Part shown: positions 13,151 to 26,972 of the stretch, piece after piece
Position numbering within the stretch: the first letter of the stretch is position 1
How the letters are laid out: each line of letters begins with the position of its first letter
Assembly (NCBI GenBank): GCA_013239625.1
Contig: MU053810.1
Span: 3,566,071 to 3,630,070 of the forward strand
Source of the DNA: Lama guanicoe
Taxonomy: Eukaryota
Direction: 5' to 3'
DNA length: 64,000 nucleotides
Program-made: the position numbers and the translations under genes
The notes under the pieces: model-generated
Seen by the model: only the letters and a program-made list of their open reading frames with translations
What the model was told of the DNA's origin: nothing
Databases searched by the model: none

Positions 13151-13857
13151 AATGGTGGGAATGTAGTTTGGTGCAGGCATTATGGAAGACAGTATGAAGC
13201 ATCCTTAGAAAACTAAAAATAGAATTACCATATGAACCAGCAATCCGACTCCTGGGCATATATCTGGAGGAAATTCTAATTCAAAAAGATACACCCCAAT
13301 GTTCACAGCAGCACTATATACAATAACCAAGACATGGAAACAACCTAAATGTCCATTAATGGATAATTGGATAAAGAAGCTGTGGTATGTGTACACAATG
13401 GAATACTACTCAGCCATAAAAAAGAATGAAATAATGCCATTTGCAGAAACATGGATGGACTTCGAGATTGTCATACTAAGTGAAGTAAGCCAGAAGGGCA
13501 TGATATCACTTATCGGTGGAATCTAAAAAATGACACAAATGAACTTATTTACAAAACAGAAAGACTCACAGACATAGAAAACAAACTTATGGTTACCAGA
13601 GTGGGAAAGGGGGTAGGGAGGGATAAATTGGGAGTTCGGGATTTGCAAATACAAACCACCATATATAAAAAATAGACAAACAACAAGGTCCTACTGTATA
13701 GGACAGGTGATCATACTCAATATCTTGTAATAGCCTATAATAAAAAAGAATATGAAAAAGAATGTATGTATATATACAATTGAATCACTTTGCCATACAC
13801 TAGAAATTAACACAACGTTGTAAATCGCCTATCCTTCAATTAAAAAAATTAAAATAA
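13151..13857 (+). mobile_element. 5'-truncated young L1 (ORF2 C-terminus plus 3'UTR)
   Basis: ORF 13299-13526 MFTAALYTITKTWKQPKCPLMDNWIKKLWY is the L1 ORF2p C-terminus; 3'UTR and A tail follow. Confidence 0.92.
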
Positions 13858-14382
13858 GGGGTCACCATTGCTTGTGAGGACTCTACAGTTTACATTGCCT
13901 CAGATGAAGAGGCAGCAAAAATGTTAATTCAGATTTCAGATAATATATGGAATTGATGATTCAGGCTGAACGAAGTTGAATAAAGAACCAGAGGTGCAGG
14001 GTATTAACTAATTCTCGTAAAAAGAAAAAGTTGCTAAGGACTTTTAGAACATCCTTGGTCACTAAATATGCAGAGACAACATCAGGAAATAATAGTAAAG
14101 GTCATGAAATGAGAGAGTAGGGACCATTTGTTGCAATTTTTACCTACTTTGGCCTTTTATTCTAACCTTGGAGAGATGACACTTCAAAGAAAAATGTGGG
14201 GAATGAGCAGAAAGAAATCACATGAACTGTACATTAATAGCTGCTTTGACTGATTTATTTAGGTTTCATTTATGAGGATGAGTGAGAAAAATTAATCTCC
14301 TTGAATTATAATATATCAGAGAATTCCATGGAGGCCAGGCTGTAATATGCAGGTAAGACCTGTATCTATAAGCTTGGCCTCA

Positions 14383-16421
14383 CTTTTTAGTCAGGTTACA
14401 GTGTTGTGTTCATTTCCGTGTGCAGCACAGTTATTCAGTTATACATACATGTATATATATTGTTTTCCATATTCTTTTTTACTATAGGCTATTACAAGGT
14501 ATTTAATGTAATTCCCTGTGCTATACAGTAGGACCTTGTTGTTTATCTATTTTATATTTAGTGGTTAATATCTGCAAATCCCAAACTCCCAATTTATCCC
14601 TCCATTCCCCTCTTCCCCCCAGTAACCATAAGTTTGTTTTCTATGTCTGTGAGTCTGTTTCTGTTTTTTAAATAAGTTCATTTGTGTCTTTTTCTTTTTT
14701 TTTAGATTCCACATATAAGTGCTATCGTAGGGTTGGTTTGTTTTTTTGTTTTTTTTTGGCTGGCCCAGGCCTCAGAAAGAGGCTGCTTTATTGGAAGCTA
14801 TTCTGACATCATTTTTCAGACTGCCTTGCAGTTTTGGGACCAGGGATGGGAGTTGTCTTGTAACTATGGGGTCGGGGTAACGGTCTCCCACACCCTGGGC
14901 TCAGTTGAGGGTGCTCCTGCCAGTGGCAGATGTGGTCCTAATGGAGTAGGCCTCGAGGGCCCCGGGCCCTCCGGCACTGGAGAATCTCAGGGCATTGCTG
15001 CCCATGGTTCCCCGAAAGGTCAGCCGACTGCCAGCACCGCCGGTGGAATTCACCACAGGGATGTTCACGGTTTCCACTCCATCTCCGGTCAACCTGCTCT
15101 CCTCGCCCTCCAGCAGCTTGCGGTAGGTGGCGATCTCGATGTCCAGGGCCAGCTTGATATTCATCAACTCCTGGTACTCCTGGAGCTGCCGGGCCATGGC
15201 CTGCTTGGCTTGTTGCAGGGCAGCCTCCAGCTCTTCCTGCTTGGCGCGTGCCTCTTGAGTGCCAGCTCCCCACGCTCCTCAGCCTCAGCGATGGCAGCCT
15301 CCAAATTGGCACGCTGGTTCTCGATGCTGTCGATCTCCGCCTGCAGCCCCTGGACGGCCGGGTTCATCTCCGCAATCTCATTTCCGGTATTCCGGAGTTC
15401 ATCCCCCTGCTTCCCAGCCTGGGCCTGGAGGGTCTTAAACTTGGTCTTGTACATGGTCTCGGCCTCGGCCCGGCTGCGGTTGGCGATCTCCTCGTACTGG
15501 GCCTTGACCTCAGCGATGATGCCATCCAGGTCCAGGGAGCGGCTGTTGTCCACGGACGTGTCTGAGACCTCGGACTGCAGCTCTTTCAACTCCTCCTGGT
15601 AGAGAGCCCTGAGGAAGTTGATCTCGTCATTCAAGGCATCCACCTTGGCCTCCAATTCCACCTTATTCATGTAGGCAACATCTGCATCCTTCTTCAACAC
15701 CGCGATCTGATTCTCGGCAGCCGTGCGACGGTTACTTTCATCTTCGTACTTACTCTTGAAGTCGTCCACGACTTCCTGCATGTTCCGAAGCTCCACCTCC
15801 AGGCGGCCCCCATCCAGCTGTATTGTCTCAAGCTGCTTCCGCAGGCCGGCAATGCGGGCCTCAAAGATGCCCGGGAGGCGGCAGCTCTCGGTCGACTTCT
15901 GCTCCTGCCGCAGCGCCCACGTGGCCTCCAGCAGCTTGTTCTGCTGCGCCAGGAACCGGACCTTGTTGATGAAGGAGGCGAGCTTGTTGATGAGAGTCTT
16001 CATCTGCTCGCGCTCCTCCTGGCGCACCTGCTGGATGGAGACGTCGACGTCCACCTGCAGCCGAGTCAGCAGGCTCTGATTGATGGCGACCTCGCGGATG
16101 CCAGCGCCCACGGGGCCCCGGTAGGATGAGCACATGGCCACGCGTGGCTGCGAGGTGCCCAGGCCGTAGAGGCGGCGGCTGCTGCTGCTACCGAAGCCGC
16201 TGGGGCTCATGGAGCTCAGGGGCACCTGGGTGCCACGCCCTGGCAAGGCGGCGGAGTAGGAGCTGAAGTGGAAGGACATGCTGGCTGGGCTGGGCTGGGC
16301 TGGGCTGAACGGCGGGCGACAGTGGGCTGAACTCCATATGGTATTTATCTTTATCTTTCTGGCTTACTTCGCTTACTGTGACAATTTCCAGGTCCATCCA
16401 TGGTGCTGCAGATGGCATTAT
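14383..16421 (-). mobile_element. Young L1 3' end split into ~14383-14730 and ~16335-16421 by the KRT7 retrocopy
   Basis: TTTAGATTCCACATATAAGTG... stops at ~14730 and resumes as CATATGGTATTTATCTTTATCTTTCTGGCTTACTTC at ~16336, colinear with the uninterrupted L1 at 62335-62400. Confidence 0.85.
14733..16335 (-). pseudogene. KRT7: Keratin 7 processed pseudogene (ATG 16279 to stop 14901, one frameshift)
   Basis: KRT7-type head (MSFHFSS...RGTQVPLSS...[17 protein letters not shown]), rod, and KRT7-type tail ([21 protein letters not shown]...AYSIRT). Intronless; 1-nt deletion at ~15253; 12-nt deletion in linker L12 ([11 protein letters not shown]); AATAAA at 14787-14792 (minus); A-rich tail ~14734-14758. 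Confidence 0.95.
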
Positions 16422-16424
16422 GGA

Positions 16425-16540
16425 CTCTGCCTGGATCTCATACTGAGATTCTGATTTAACTGGTCAGGGTTGCTGCCTGGAAACTTGGATTTTTAAAAGT
16501 TTCCCAGGTGACTGTAAAGTGCAAGTTTGAGAACCACTGA
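16425..16540. mobile_element. MER5A-like hAT-Charlie fragment
   Basis: GAGATTCTGATTTAACTGGTC...TTTTAAAAGTTTCCCAGGTGA...AAGTTTGAGAACCACTG terminus. Confidence 0.7.
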
Positions 16541-17444
16541 GCTTGAGTCAGATCTCCAATATGAAGCACTGCCATTCAGAGGGAAGGCCAGCCACATGGG
16601 GAGTCTTTCTGGGAAGCCAAATGTGGCCTTTTCTGGGAGAAGTAACACATTCTTAAAGGACTGAATTAAAATCTAAATTGCAATAGGCATCCATTAACTG
16701 GTCCTCCCTCACCAAATGCTTCATGAGGAAGTGAGCTACTGATCCTGCCAGAAATCTCTTCCTTTTTGTCCAATGAAGCTCTGAATCCCAGACCCTGACA
16801 CTAGGTGGGGTTCCCTAGGGTTCCCATTAACATGAGTCATTTAGCTTTAGTGCATCAATTTCACTTTTAAAACGATGAATTAAAATCAGAAAATGTTTGA
16901 TGTTCATGAGATGGAAAGTGATACATTTATAAGGGTCAGAACAAGTATTTCAAAGTATACACGAACGTCTCTAACTGAAAAGGTCATAATTTTTGTTTTA
17001 AACATGATAGGGACCATACTGTAGTAATTTATAGACACTTAATATCATTTTAATCAATAGATCAAAATGAGGAATATCTTGGAGCCTCTTGGCTTCATTT
17101 AATTCTAATAATTGTTTATAATAAAACATCTCACGTTTTACCCCCTGAGAGTTAAATCTCATTAGGTTTGAGGACAAATAGATCCTGTCATTGAATTTTA
17201 TGTTTAGAGAGGTTACTGATTGTTTCATCTTTTTTAGCTGAATGATGATTTTTTTTTAAATTTTTTTACCATAGGGAGCCTAACCGCCCTCTAGTTTAGA
17301 AGATAATTTCAGTCTAACACTTGAAAAGAAAGATTGAAATTCCCGGCTGATTTGGAGAAACAGAAAATACTTAGATAAACTTGGGGGCAGAAGAGGAATT
17401 TGTTAGTTGTTTGCCACAAAGTATAATGTTTAAACAGATGGTGA

Positions 17445-17870
17445 TGTAGAGGAGCAAAATTTGCCACCCCAGAATGTCTCTTTGGCATGCAGCTTATTTT
17501 GAGCTGAAAACAATAAAGGCCTAAAAGATTCAAGAATAAATTTGGATGTTCCTACTAAATTCCTAAAAGGATGTAGACAAAGCACCTGTTCCAGGAAGGG
17601 ACCTACCACCACAGATAACTATAGTATGAACTAGGTGTGCAGATGGGGAGGAACCAGCAAAGTACGTTTGTTAAAATTCCTCTCTGCGTCCCATTGTCTT
17701 TACACGCCCGGCAAACGTTTGTGTACCAAACACCTGCTTTTCTATCCTCACGTGAATTGCCCTCCTCCACTTTGAGGTCCCAGACCACCACCCCAGTATC
17801 ATCTTTTGTCTTTAGCTGAAGATGATACTTACAAGGTGAGGGTTTCAATCATTTTGGTTGAGTTAGTCAG
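17445..17870 (+). mobile_element. 3'-truncated ERV1-class (MER34-like) LTR
   Basis: Begins TGTAGAGGAGCAAAATTTGCCACCCCAGAATGTCTCTTTGGCATG; contains CTTTAGCTGAAGATGATA...AAGGTGAGGG; ends abruptly at a poly-T. Confidence 0.65.
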
Positions 17871-18187
17871 TTTTTTTTTTTTTACAGGCTAAACATTATT
17901 TTTTCTACTTTTTAAAATTGAAGTATAGGCAGTTCACAATATTGTGTCAATTTTGAAATAAATTGGGAGTTCAAGACTTGCAGATACTAACTACCATATA
18001 TAAAATAAACAACTTTCTACTGTGTAGCATAGGGAACACATAGCATGTTCAATACTTATACTAACCTATAATGAAGAAGAATATGAAACAAATCTATGTA
18101 TGTATATGTATGACTGAAACATTAAGCTGTACACCAGAGATTGACACAACATTGTAAACTGATTATACTTCAGTTAAAAGAAAAAAA
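17871..18187. mobile_element. Two young L1 3' ends joined head-to-head (minus ~17871-17955, plus ~17956-18187)
   Basis: Poly-T...TTGAAGTATAGGCAGTTCACAATATTGTGTCAATTT (antisense terminus) joined directly to sense ATAAATTGGGAGTTCAAG...TATACTTCAGTTAAAAGAAAAAAA. Confidence 0.75.
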
Positions 18188-19734
18188 GTAGCCCAACTTG
18201 TAAGGAGAAAAACTGGTCATGGAGTTGATCGATGTTGCTAACTTCTAATCTGAAATGGGATTCATGGGTCCTGCCGTTCTCTTGGAGGCAGAGTTTCTGT
18301 TAGATCTGAGATGTTTTTGCTACACAATTTGCTAACTTGAAGTCTTTGGACATCTAAGAGCTTTTACATATTTTACATATTATTTAAAAATGGTCCTTTA
18401 AGGTGTTTCCACTGCTGATGATTTTTTTGTTAGAAGGTAGAAACACAAAGTGAGGGATGGCAGCTAAGAGGAACTAAGTGAAACTGAACAATGAGCAATG
18501 TTTGATTTCCTTACCAAGTAAAGGAGAAAGGTGACCTCAGTTACAGTGTTCACAAGTCCACCCCAGGTCACCTCTGTGCCACTGGCCTTTTCTCTCCCCA
18601 TATCCCCACTTCACCTCCTTCATAAGGCCCAGTCTCTCTGGCCACAGATGTGGGCAAGAGACCATAGGTGGACAAGAGACCACAGGTGATCAATTCAAAG
18701 CACCTTACCCTACCTGGGACCCAGGCAGGTTAAGACTGTGTCTACTTAAGGACCATGGCAATCAGCCTGTATTGTTTGGATCACTTTTAAAGCCTCTATT
18801 TTAATTAAACAACATTTTTTTAAAGTCAAAGAATCTGCCCAATAAGGTGAACATTTCTGTTAACTGGTCTGACCAATCCAGGCACTAAAATCCTGACTGA
18901 AACATTCAGTCGTGGTACCCAGGCCAGACTGTTATCAATGACAATGCCTAGAAGGATTTCATTTTACCTGAGACATTGAAAGGCAACAAAAGAATTAAAT
19001 GAAATGGACAGAACTCAAACACTCAGTGCCACTGAACACTGGAACTATACAACTAATTTCTCTTGTTCCGACTCAAGGCTTACAAAACTAAGTTCTCACA
19101 AATTGGTGTTGCACAGAGCTTACCGATGGCAGGTGGAGGGTGGACTGGGGAGGGGGTGAGGGTGGAAAGCCCATGTCTGCTTTACCCAAACAGCATCTCT
19201 CATTATAAATGAACCCACAGGCCTGCTGGTTTACTGACTTCACCTCTTATGATGTTGGCGGACTGAGTCAGTCCCCTGAGTCCAGCCAACCCCACACAGG
19301 GACAGGAATGAGAAAGCTGGTGGGCTGTGTGCTGGATAATGGGGAATTGGAGCCGATGGCACTTGGGTGGTCAATCTGCCGTCCTTTCCCCAGGAGACAC
19401 CAGATGCAACAGCTCACCTCTGCTTAGAACTTTTACACCAATGTCTTAAATCTCAAGATGAGAATTGTGTGTCTTCACCGCTTCACTGCAGCAAGAGTGC
19501 GTGACTTAATCAGCTATTTGGATAAAAAGATAATCTCTTGTCTCTCATGCAAATTCTCTGTAAAATTCTATATTAAAAGGAAAAGGGGAAAAATGTTTTG
19601 GCCCAGAGTATACTGCATGCTAGGCATGGTTGTCTCAAGTAGATATAGCTCTAATGATGGAGTCTGAATATTGTCCCACTTCTCAAATGAGGAAGATAAT
19701 AATTACCTAATATACTCATTATATCTAATAATCT

Positions 19735-20690
19735 ACCTCAACACATTTAAGAGGATAGAAATTATTTCAAGCATCTTTTCTGACCACAATGGCATGAAAC
19801 TAGAAATCAACCACAGAAAAAGAAGTGAGAAAAAAACAATTGTGATGGAGACTAAATATCATGTTACTAAAAAGCCAGTGGGTCAATCAATGATGAAATT
19901 AAAGAGGAAATTAAAAAAATACTTTGAGAAAAATGACAGTGAAAACACAACCACACAAAATCTATGGGATGCAGCAAAAGCAGTCCTAAGAGGGAAGTTC
20001 ATAGTGATACAGTCCTTCCTCAAAAAACAAGAACAATCTCAAACAAACAACCTAACCTATCCCCTCAAAGAATTAGAAAAAGAAGAACAAAATGTAAAGT
20101 CAGCAGAAGGAAAGAAATAATAAACAACAGAGAGGAAATAAATAAAATAGAGATTAAAAAATAGAAAAATTTAATAAAACCAAGAGCTGGTTTTTCGGAA
20201 GAGTGATCAAAATTGACAAACCTCTAGCCAGGCTCACCAAAAAGAAAAGAGAGAGGATACAGATAAACAAAATAAGCACGGAAAGAGGAGAAATTACAAC
20301 TAATACTACAGAAATACAAAAAACCATAAGAGAATACTATGAACAATTATATGCCAACAAATCAGACAACCTTGAAAAAAATGGGCAAGTTTCTAGAAAC
20401 ATATAGTCCACCAAAACTGAATCAAGAAAAAATAGATAATTTGAACGGACTAATTATTAGAAGTAAAATAGAATCTATAATAATAATAATAATAAACTCC
20501 CTGCAAACAAAAGGCCAGGACGAGATGGCTTCACTGGGGAATTCTACCAAACATTAAAGAAAAACTTACGCCTAACCTTCTCAAACTCTTCCAAGAGACT
20601 GAAGAGGAGGGAACACTCGCAAACTCATTCTATGAAGCCACCATCACCCTGATACCAAAACCAGACAACGGCACGTCCAGAAAAGAAAAT
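19735..20690 (+). mobile_element. Frameshifted internal L1 ORF2 fragment (end of endonuclease to Z region)
   Basis: Peptides [50 protein letters not shown] and [12 protein letters not shown] lie in different frames. Confidence 0.93.
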
Positions 20691-21885
20691 TCAAAATGTA
20701 AAATCATTTTTCCTCACACAGAGTACCAATAAATAAGTAAGTAAATAAATAAAATGATTATTTGGTGGAAGAAAAGCACCACCTAAAAGTAAGGTAAGAG
20801 GCTTAAACAAAATGCCTTATTCCTTGTGTAAGGAATAAGTAAACACTGGGTTTTCTCTGTTAATATTTTATCTGCATTTACCTCTTTGTGCACGAGGGAA
20901 ATTTTATTTAATGCCATTTTCAGATTTGGGTTAGGCTCATGCAGTTGTCCTAAAATAAGTGCGAAAGTTTTTTTCTGTCTTTGTGCTCTCTGCACATGCA
21001 TGTTAACTTTATTGTTTCTTCATAAAATACGTGGAAGAATTCACCATTGTACCTATTGTGTTTGGAATTTCTTTTGTGGAAGTTTTAAAAACAGTGAATA
21101 CTTTGAAAGTCTGTAGGGGTCATTGAGTTTCTATTCCTCAGTTGTTAATTTTTGCAATTTGTAAAATGAATTTGTCTGTGATGTCTAAATTTTTAAAGAA
21201 ATTAGCATAAACTTGAAAGGAAAATAAGGTGAGAGAGCGTATTCCTTCGGATTCAACCAACAGTTTTTGACCACCTACCACATAAGCAGGCTTTCTGCCA
21301 GGTGCTTTTTGCCTTTTATCTCATTTAATCCTAAAAATAACTCAGTGAAGAGATCATTATCTGCACTTCACCAGGTGAAGAAACTGAAAGTGTTTTCTTA
21401 ATTTTGGATGGTTTAGTAACCTGATTAAATTTGGAGTAAGAAAATGTCAAAACCAAATTTTAAATCCATATCCTCCACCTTCAGAGCTGGATTTCTCCAT
21501 CATATACCTTGCTGCCTTTTGATTTTTTTCCCCAGAGTTATGAACAAGGTTTAAAAATAAGATATTTGTATTAACAGTGGGAAATACTCTAATTAGAAAC
21601 TGTTAAATACTGATTATTTTGTGGCTTCTTATTTTCTGTTTCTCTTTCTGGACATTTATGAAATGTCAGAATCATCAGAGACAGAGAATTCCATCCAGAT
21701 TATTAAAGTAAGACAGTAGACATTTTATACTGAAAGAAAAATACATGTATTCCTTGGCAGATAAAACTTGACTTGCTGTTGGCTACAACTGTGAACCCAA
21801 ACTAAACTTTTGATTCTGGGCCAGAAATTCACTGCTGGATAATTGCATTGATTTGTTTTACTTCAGTGAAGAAATGTTTATTGTC

Positions 21886-23235
21886 CTACATATATATGGA
21901 CAATTAACTTATGACAAAGGAGAAAAGAACATACGATGGAGAAAGGATAGTTTCTTCAATAAATTGTGTTGAGAAAACTGGACAGTCACGCACACAAAAA
22001 TGAAACTAGAGCACTATTTCACACCACACACGAAAACCAACTCAAAATGGACTAAAGACTTGAATGTAAGACCTGAAACCATAAAACTTCTACAAGACAG
22101 TGCAGGCAGTACATTTTTTGACACAGGTCTTAGCCATATCTTTTTGGATAAGTTTCCTCAGGCAAGGGAAACAAAAGTGAAAATAAACAAGTGGACTATA
22201 TCAAACTAAAAACTTCTGCACAGCAAAGAAAACCATCAACACAATGCAAAGATAACCTACAAAATGGGAGAAGATATTTGCAAATCATCTATCTGATAAG
22301 GGGTTAATATCCAAAATATATAAAGAACTCCTGCAACTCAACAACAAAAAATAAACAACCCCATTTAAACATGTGCAGAATTGCTGAAATGGACATTTTT
22401 TCCAAAGAAGACATACAGATGGCCAATGGACATATGAAAAGATGTTCAGCACCACTAATCATTAGGGAAATGCACGGGAAAACCACAGTGAGGTATCACC
22501 TCACACCTGTTAGGATGGCTATTATCAAACAGGCAAGAAATGGCAAGCACTGGCAAGAATGGAGAGCAAGGGGAACCCTTGTGCACTGTTGGTGGGAATG
22601 TAAATTTGTGCAGCCACTATGGAAAAGAATACAGAGATTTCTCCAAAAAAATTAAGAATAGCATTTTCATATGATCTGGCAATTCCATTTCTGGGTATTT
22701 ATCCAAAAAATATGAAAACACTAATTTGAAAAGATGCATGCACCCCTATGTTCATCACAGCATTGTTTACAATTGCCAAGATATGGAAACAACCTGCCCA
22801 TCAATAGATGAAAGGATAAAGAAGATGTGTACACACACACAATGGAATACTACTAAGTCATAAAAAGATCAATTCTTGCCATCTGCAACAACATGGATGG
22901 ACCTTGAAAGTATTATGCTAAGTAAAATGTCACAAATACCAGGTGATTTCACTCATATGTGGAATATAAAAAGCAAGCAAACAACAAATGGACAATCCAA
23001 ACCAAATGAAAACCAACATGTATATACAGAGAGCAGAGTAGTGGTTACCAGAGGGGAAGGTGTGGGGATGTAGGGGGAAGGGTGAAATGGGTAAAGGGCA
23101 TCAACTGGTGATGGATGGAAACTCAGCTTTGGGAGGTGAGCACACTATGGTGTACACAGAAGCAGAAATATAATATTGTGCACATGAAACTTACATAACG
23201 TTATAAACCAACATTACCCCAATTTTTAAAAAAAT
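21886..23235 (+). mobile_element. 5'-truncated L1 (ORF2 3' part plus 3'UTR)
   Basis: MKLEHYFTPHTKTNSKWTKDLNVRPETIKLL and HMKRCSAPLIIREM...RYHLTPVRMAII peptides; 3'UTR ending in an A-rich tail. Confidence 0.92.
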
Positions 23236-26200
23236 GTTTATTGACCAACTACAATGTGATAGACACTCCCTTAAGGATGGGCATGAACAAACAAATAAAT
23301 AGGCAGCTACAATGAAGTGTGAGAAACATCACTACATTCCAGAGTTGTTGAGGAGAAAGCCGAGAACCAATAGCAAGGCTTTGGCGAGACTTACTGGCCA
23401 GTCCCATTGTTGATAAACCCTTGAACCAGGAAAAACCATTCGAGTAGGTAAATCTATTAATAGGTTTATCTCCAGCTGACAGCAATATTTTGTTCCTTTA
23501 TAATTGTCTATACTTTTTGGATTTTCTAAGGTGAGCACATATTGCTCTGACAGTCTGAAAAGACGATGAAGGAACTGGAAAACAAAACAAAACAAAACAA
23601 AACAAACAAAAGTTCTTGCCGTTGCCACAAAATCATTATTGAAATCAGCCAGCCAAGTTCTGTGGGTGGATGGGAGCCGGGCAGCTGTCACCACAGGTTA
23701 GGACCCTGCAGGTAAAGAATGAGGTGCCCAAACTCAACCTGTGATTCTTGTTTTTCCTTTTTTCTTTTTTCTTTTTTGGAGAGGGGAAGATGAGTATAAA
23801 GGACTGAAGCCTAAATGTGATTGCACCTACAGAAAGGTAACAACCTTAGCAACTGAATTAACATGGATTCTGTGCTCTAATGAAGACCTGGGAGGTAATC
23901 TCCTCTCAGCCGGCCAGGTCAGACTGGGTTGATTCTGTGGCTATGACTGTAAATGGATGCAAAGTCTGTGTATGATCTTTTTTTTTTCCTCAGAGCATCT
24001 CTTCTTCCCACATTCATCCAATCAGGTGCATCACTGAAGGAGAAAAGAGGTCAAACCCCACTTCCATCATCTTGATGAAGGGGTAGGAGACAGGATGAGG
24101 AGAATTAGAAAGCAGTGTGAAGCAAAGTGCTGTCTGAACCGCTATCAAGCCACAGAGGGTTTCAGAACAGGGCACTTTGTCTCTCCTCGGGGACTGAGGA
24201 CTCTTGGCGTTCCTGGATGTGACCAAAGGCGAACTACACATGGGCAGTTTAGAGCGAGACTAAATAAATACAGGGTTTGGCGGCATAGATGTTAGGCTCT
24301 TGAGCAAAAGGATCTATTTTATTTGATTCTAATTTTCTGGAAAGTGCCACCTGCCTCTCAAGCATGGCCAGAATAGCTTGGAATAATGGGTCACATCATG
24401 CCTCTGTTACCCAGTTCTGCATTTCCCCACGAGAAGCTATAAAGGATGTGTTCACACTGGTGTAGCTGCTGCTCTGCCCACGGCTATTACTGTTGGATGA
24501 ATCCCCTTGACTCTGTGGAAACAATCGAAAAGTGCTATAGTGTATTATTGCTGAAAGGACAATGTGATGATTGTTCCGAAAAGGCTCTGTGCCTTTAGGA
24601 TGCAGATGAATTGTGATAGTCTTGGCTGAAAGAGCCCTTATTTCTGTGTTTGCTGCCTGGAAAAATGACACGCTAAGAAACAGAATAAATACATTCTGAT
24701 AGTTCTCGTGTCTTCTGTGCTTTGTTGATTCTTTAAATGAAAAACTAAAATGCATTGCACAGTATATTTGGTGGCACTCTATTAATATTTTCTGCTTATT
24801 ATTTTTTTATATACACACATGCCACTTAGTCTATACCCAAAGTAAATAAGACAGTTCAGGCTGTGAAATAAAGTATTTTTTAAAGGAAGTTGAGCCAATG
24901 TTTGTGTGTGTGCCACAAACTTATCTCGATCTTGTTCTTAATTTGTCCTGAACTTTGGTTCAAATGATGTATTGAAAAGGTCATAGTGTTTGGGGGTTTT
25001 TTTTCTTTTTAGCTCTGCTGGAAGAACTTATTAGAAAAAGACAAAAGGGACAACATGGACATTCTATCGACTGCCCTTGTGAAGCAGAATGCAAGTTTCC
25101 GGACAGTGGGGTTGACACATCATTAAACACGTGGATGAAAAGAAAGGCTTGAGCGTGTGCTCTGGCAGGAAGGAAAGATAACACACTCATGTGCCTGATG
25201 AATTCGCTAAGACTGGATATTTAATAAAGATAGATTTATTACAATACAAGTCTGGTTTCCTGTCTGTAAAAATGTATGAATTTCCTAAGAGGCGTGAGAC
25301 AAGAGAATCTGAAAGCTGTGTTGGGGACAGATCCTAGCCACTCGGCCAGTAGAAAAAAGGCACAGATGTGAAAGGCCAGGATGACAGCAGGGGACTGAAT
25401 ACTCTGGTGTCTATTAGACAGCAGACTGAATCTGCTGTCACAAAGTGGTGCATATTCTGGGATGAAAATAATACTTGTGTGCTGATATGATGGTTTCTTC
25501 ATATGAATGCCTGGCAGGGGCTAAGTCTATAGACCTGTAGTTCCTTAAGCCTAGAATAACAGAATAACAGAGGGTTCAGTCCCCTTGACACAGAGTCACA
25601 AACCTTCCACACCTGCATTCAAAACCAGGATACGGCATTGTCCAAGTGAGACCACTTGGAAGCGTTCTGAAAAAAGCATCAAGGACCCAGGGTCTCATGT
25701 GATTTGCCTTGAACTGTCTGTGATTCAAGCTTAATGGAATGAAGGAACAGAAGAAACCAGAGCATGCCTGCTTTCAGATACAAATCAAGACTTTTTATGC
25801 TAAATTCTCCAAACATGTTATAGACCCTATGCTATCCATTTTTGGACTGAAAGAGAGTAAAGTTTAAATGCCTTCATTTATTAAAATGTGTTATAATATT
25901 TAAAAAATAGGCCTTTCCAAACATATATTGAAATGATCTAGAATAAACCCTCTCCACAGGCCAAATAAGACTTACTACTGTTAAGTATTACTTACTAATT
26001 ATTGGCATTACTAATTATTTTATCTTAACCACTTTTTTTTTAAAAATACCTTATGATCTTTCACTATACAATGCAATCCAAAAGAAAAATAAAACACCTT
26101 TCTATAGAAATTTGATGTGGGTCTTTATGTAATTTTGGTCTTTCTCCTTAGTCAAAGACGTTTTATTGCTTTAGCAAAAATTGAAACCTTTCTTTCCCAC

Positions 26201-26972
26201 AGGATCTCCATCAATGGAATGGAAAAGTTTTATGGAAATTACCAAATAATAACACCTTTCAAATTTAATTCAGTCAACATTTATCAAATTTCTAATGTCA
26301 GGCACTTTGCCAGGTATTAGGGATACAAAAGCCAAGGGGGACAGAGATTACAGTCCAGTCAGTTAAACAAGTCTTTCTTCAAAAATAACATTTGATAAAG
26401 GCAGTAAGAATAGAACGTTTCTATAATGGGAACACATTTGAAGAGTCGGTCATTTAGGGCAATATCTAAAATATACTGGACATACTTCCCATCTGAATGT
26501 TCAACTAGTTTGCTGTCAGGAAGCTTTCCCTCACATGTAACATAAATCCCTTAGTAACTGGAGAGAATGTAGCAGCCACTTAACCACAAACATCCAGGCT
26601 GAGCATCCTCTGCGGCGGGGGCTGCTACCATTAGAGAAACAGGAATAAGACATCTGGTCATCATCGTTGCCTAGGGCTTAATATCGACCAGCTTCCTATT
26701 TCTCAGGTACATGTGGATTCTCTTAGGGGGTTACATCTCCTGAGGGTCTTTACTGGTCACTGCTCCTGACATAAAGCCTCAAAGTTGAGTCTCCACCTGC
26801 ACAAGCAGGGGTCAGGTATCATTTGTAAAAATTAAAGAGGTTTCTTTCATCTGTAGCTGTATGCTGCTAGATCACTTTCTTGCTCTGAAAATTCTTTTTT
26901 TTTGGTTAATATTTTTGTTGATACTGACATTTCCAGGTGTCTTGCACAACTTTACACATCTAAGAAATTTGT

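Noticed and set aside
14733..15602. 289-aa plus-strand ORF and overlapping ORFs
   Set aside because: Antisense shadows of the keratin coding sequence.
19735..23235. A single active L1
   Set aside because: Two separate truncated, frameshifted fragments with unrelated DNA between them; no intact L1 in the window.
23640..25160. Splice-like signals (CAG|GTAAAG ~23711, acceptors ~23993 and ~25012)
   Set aside because: I could not join them into a coherent or recognisable reading frame.
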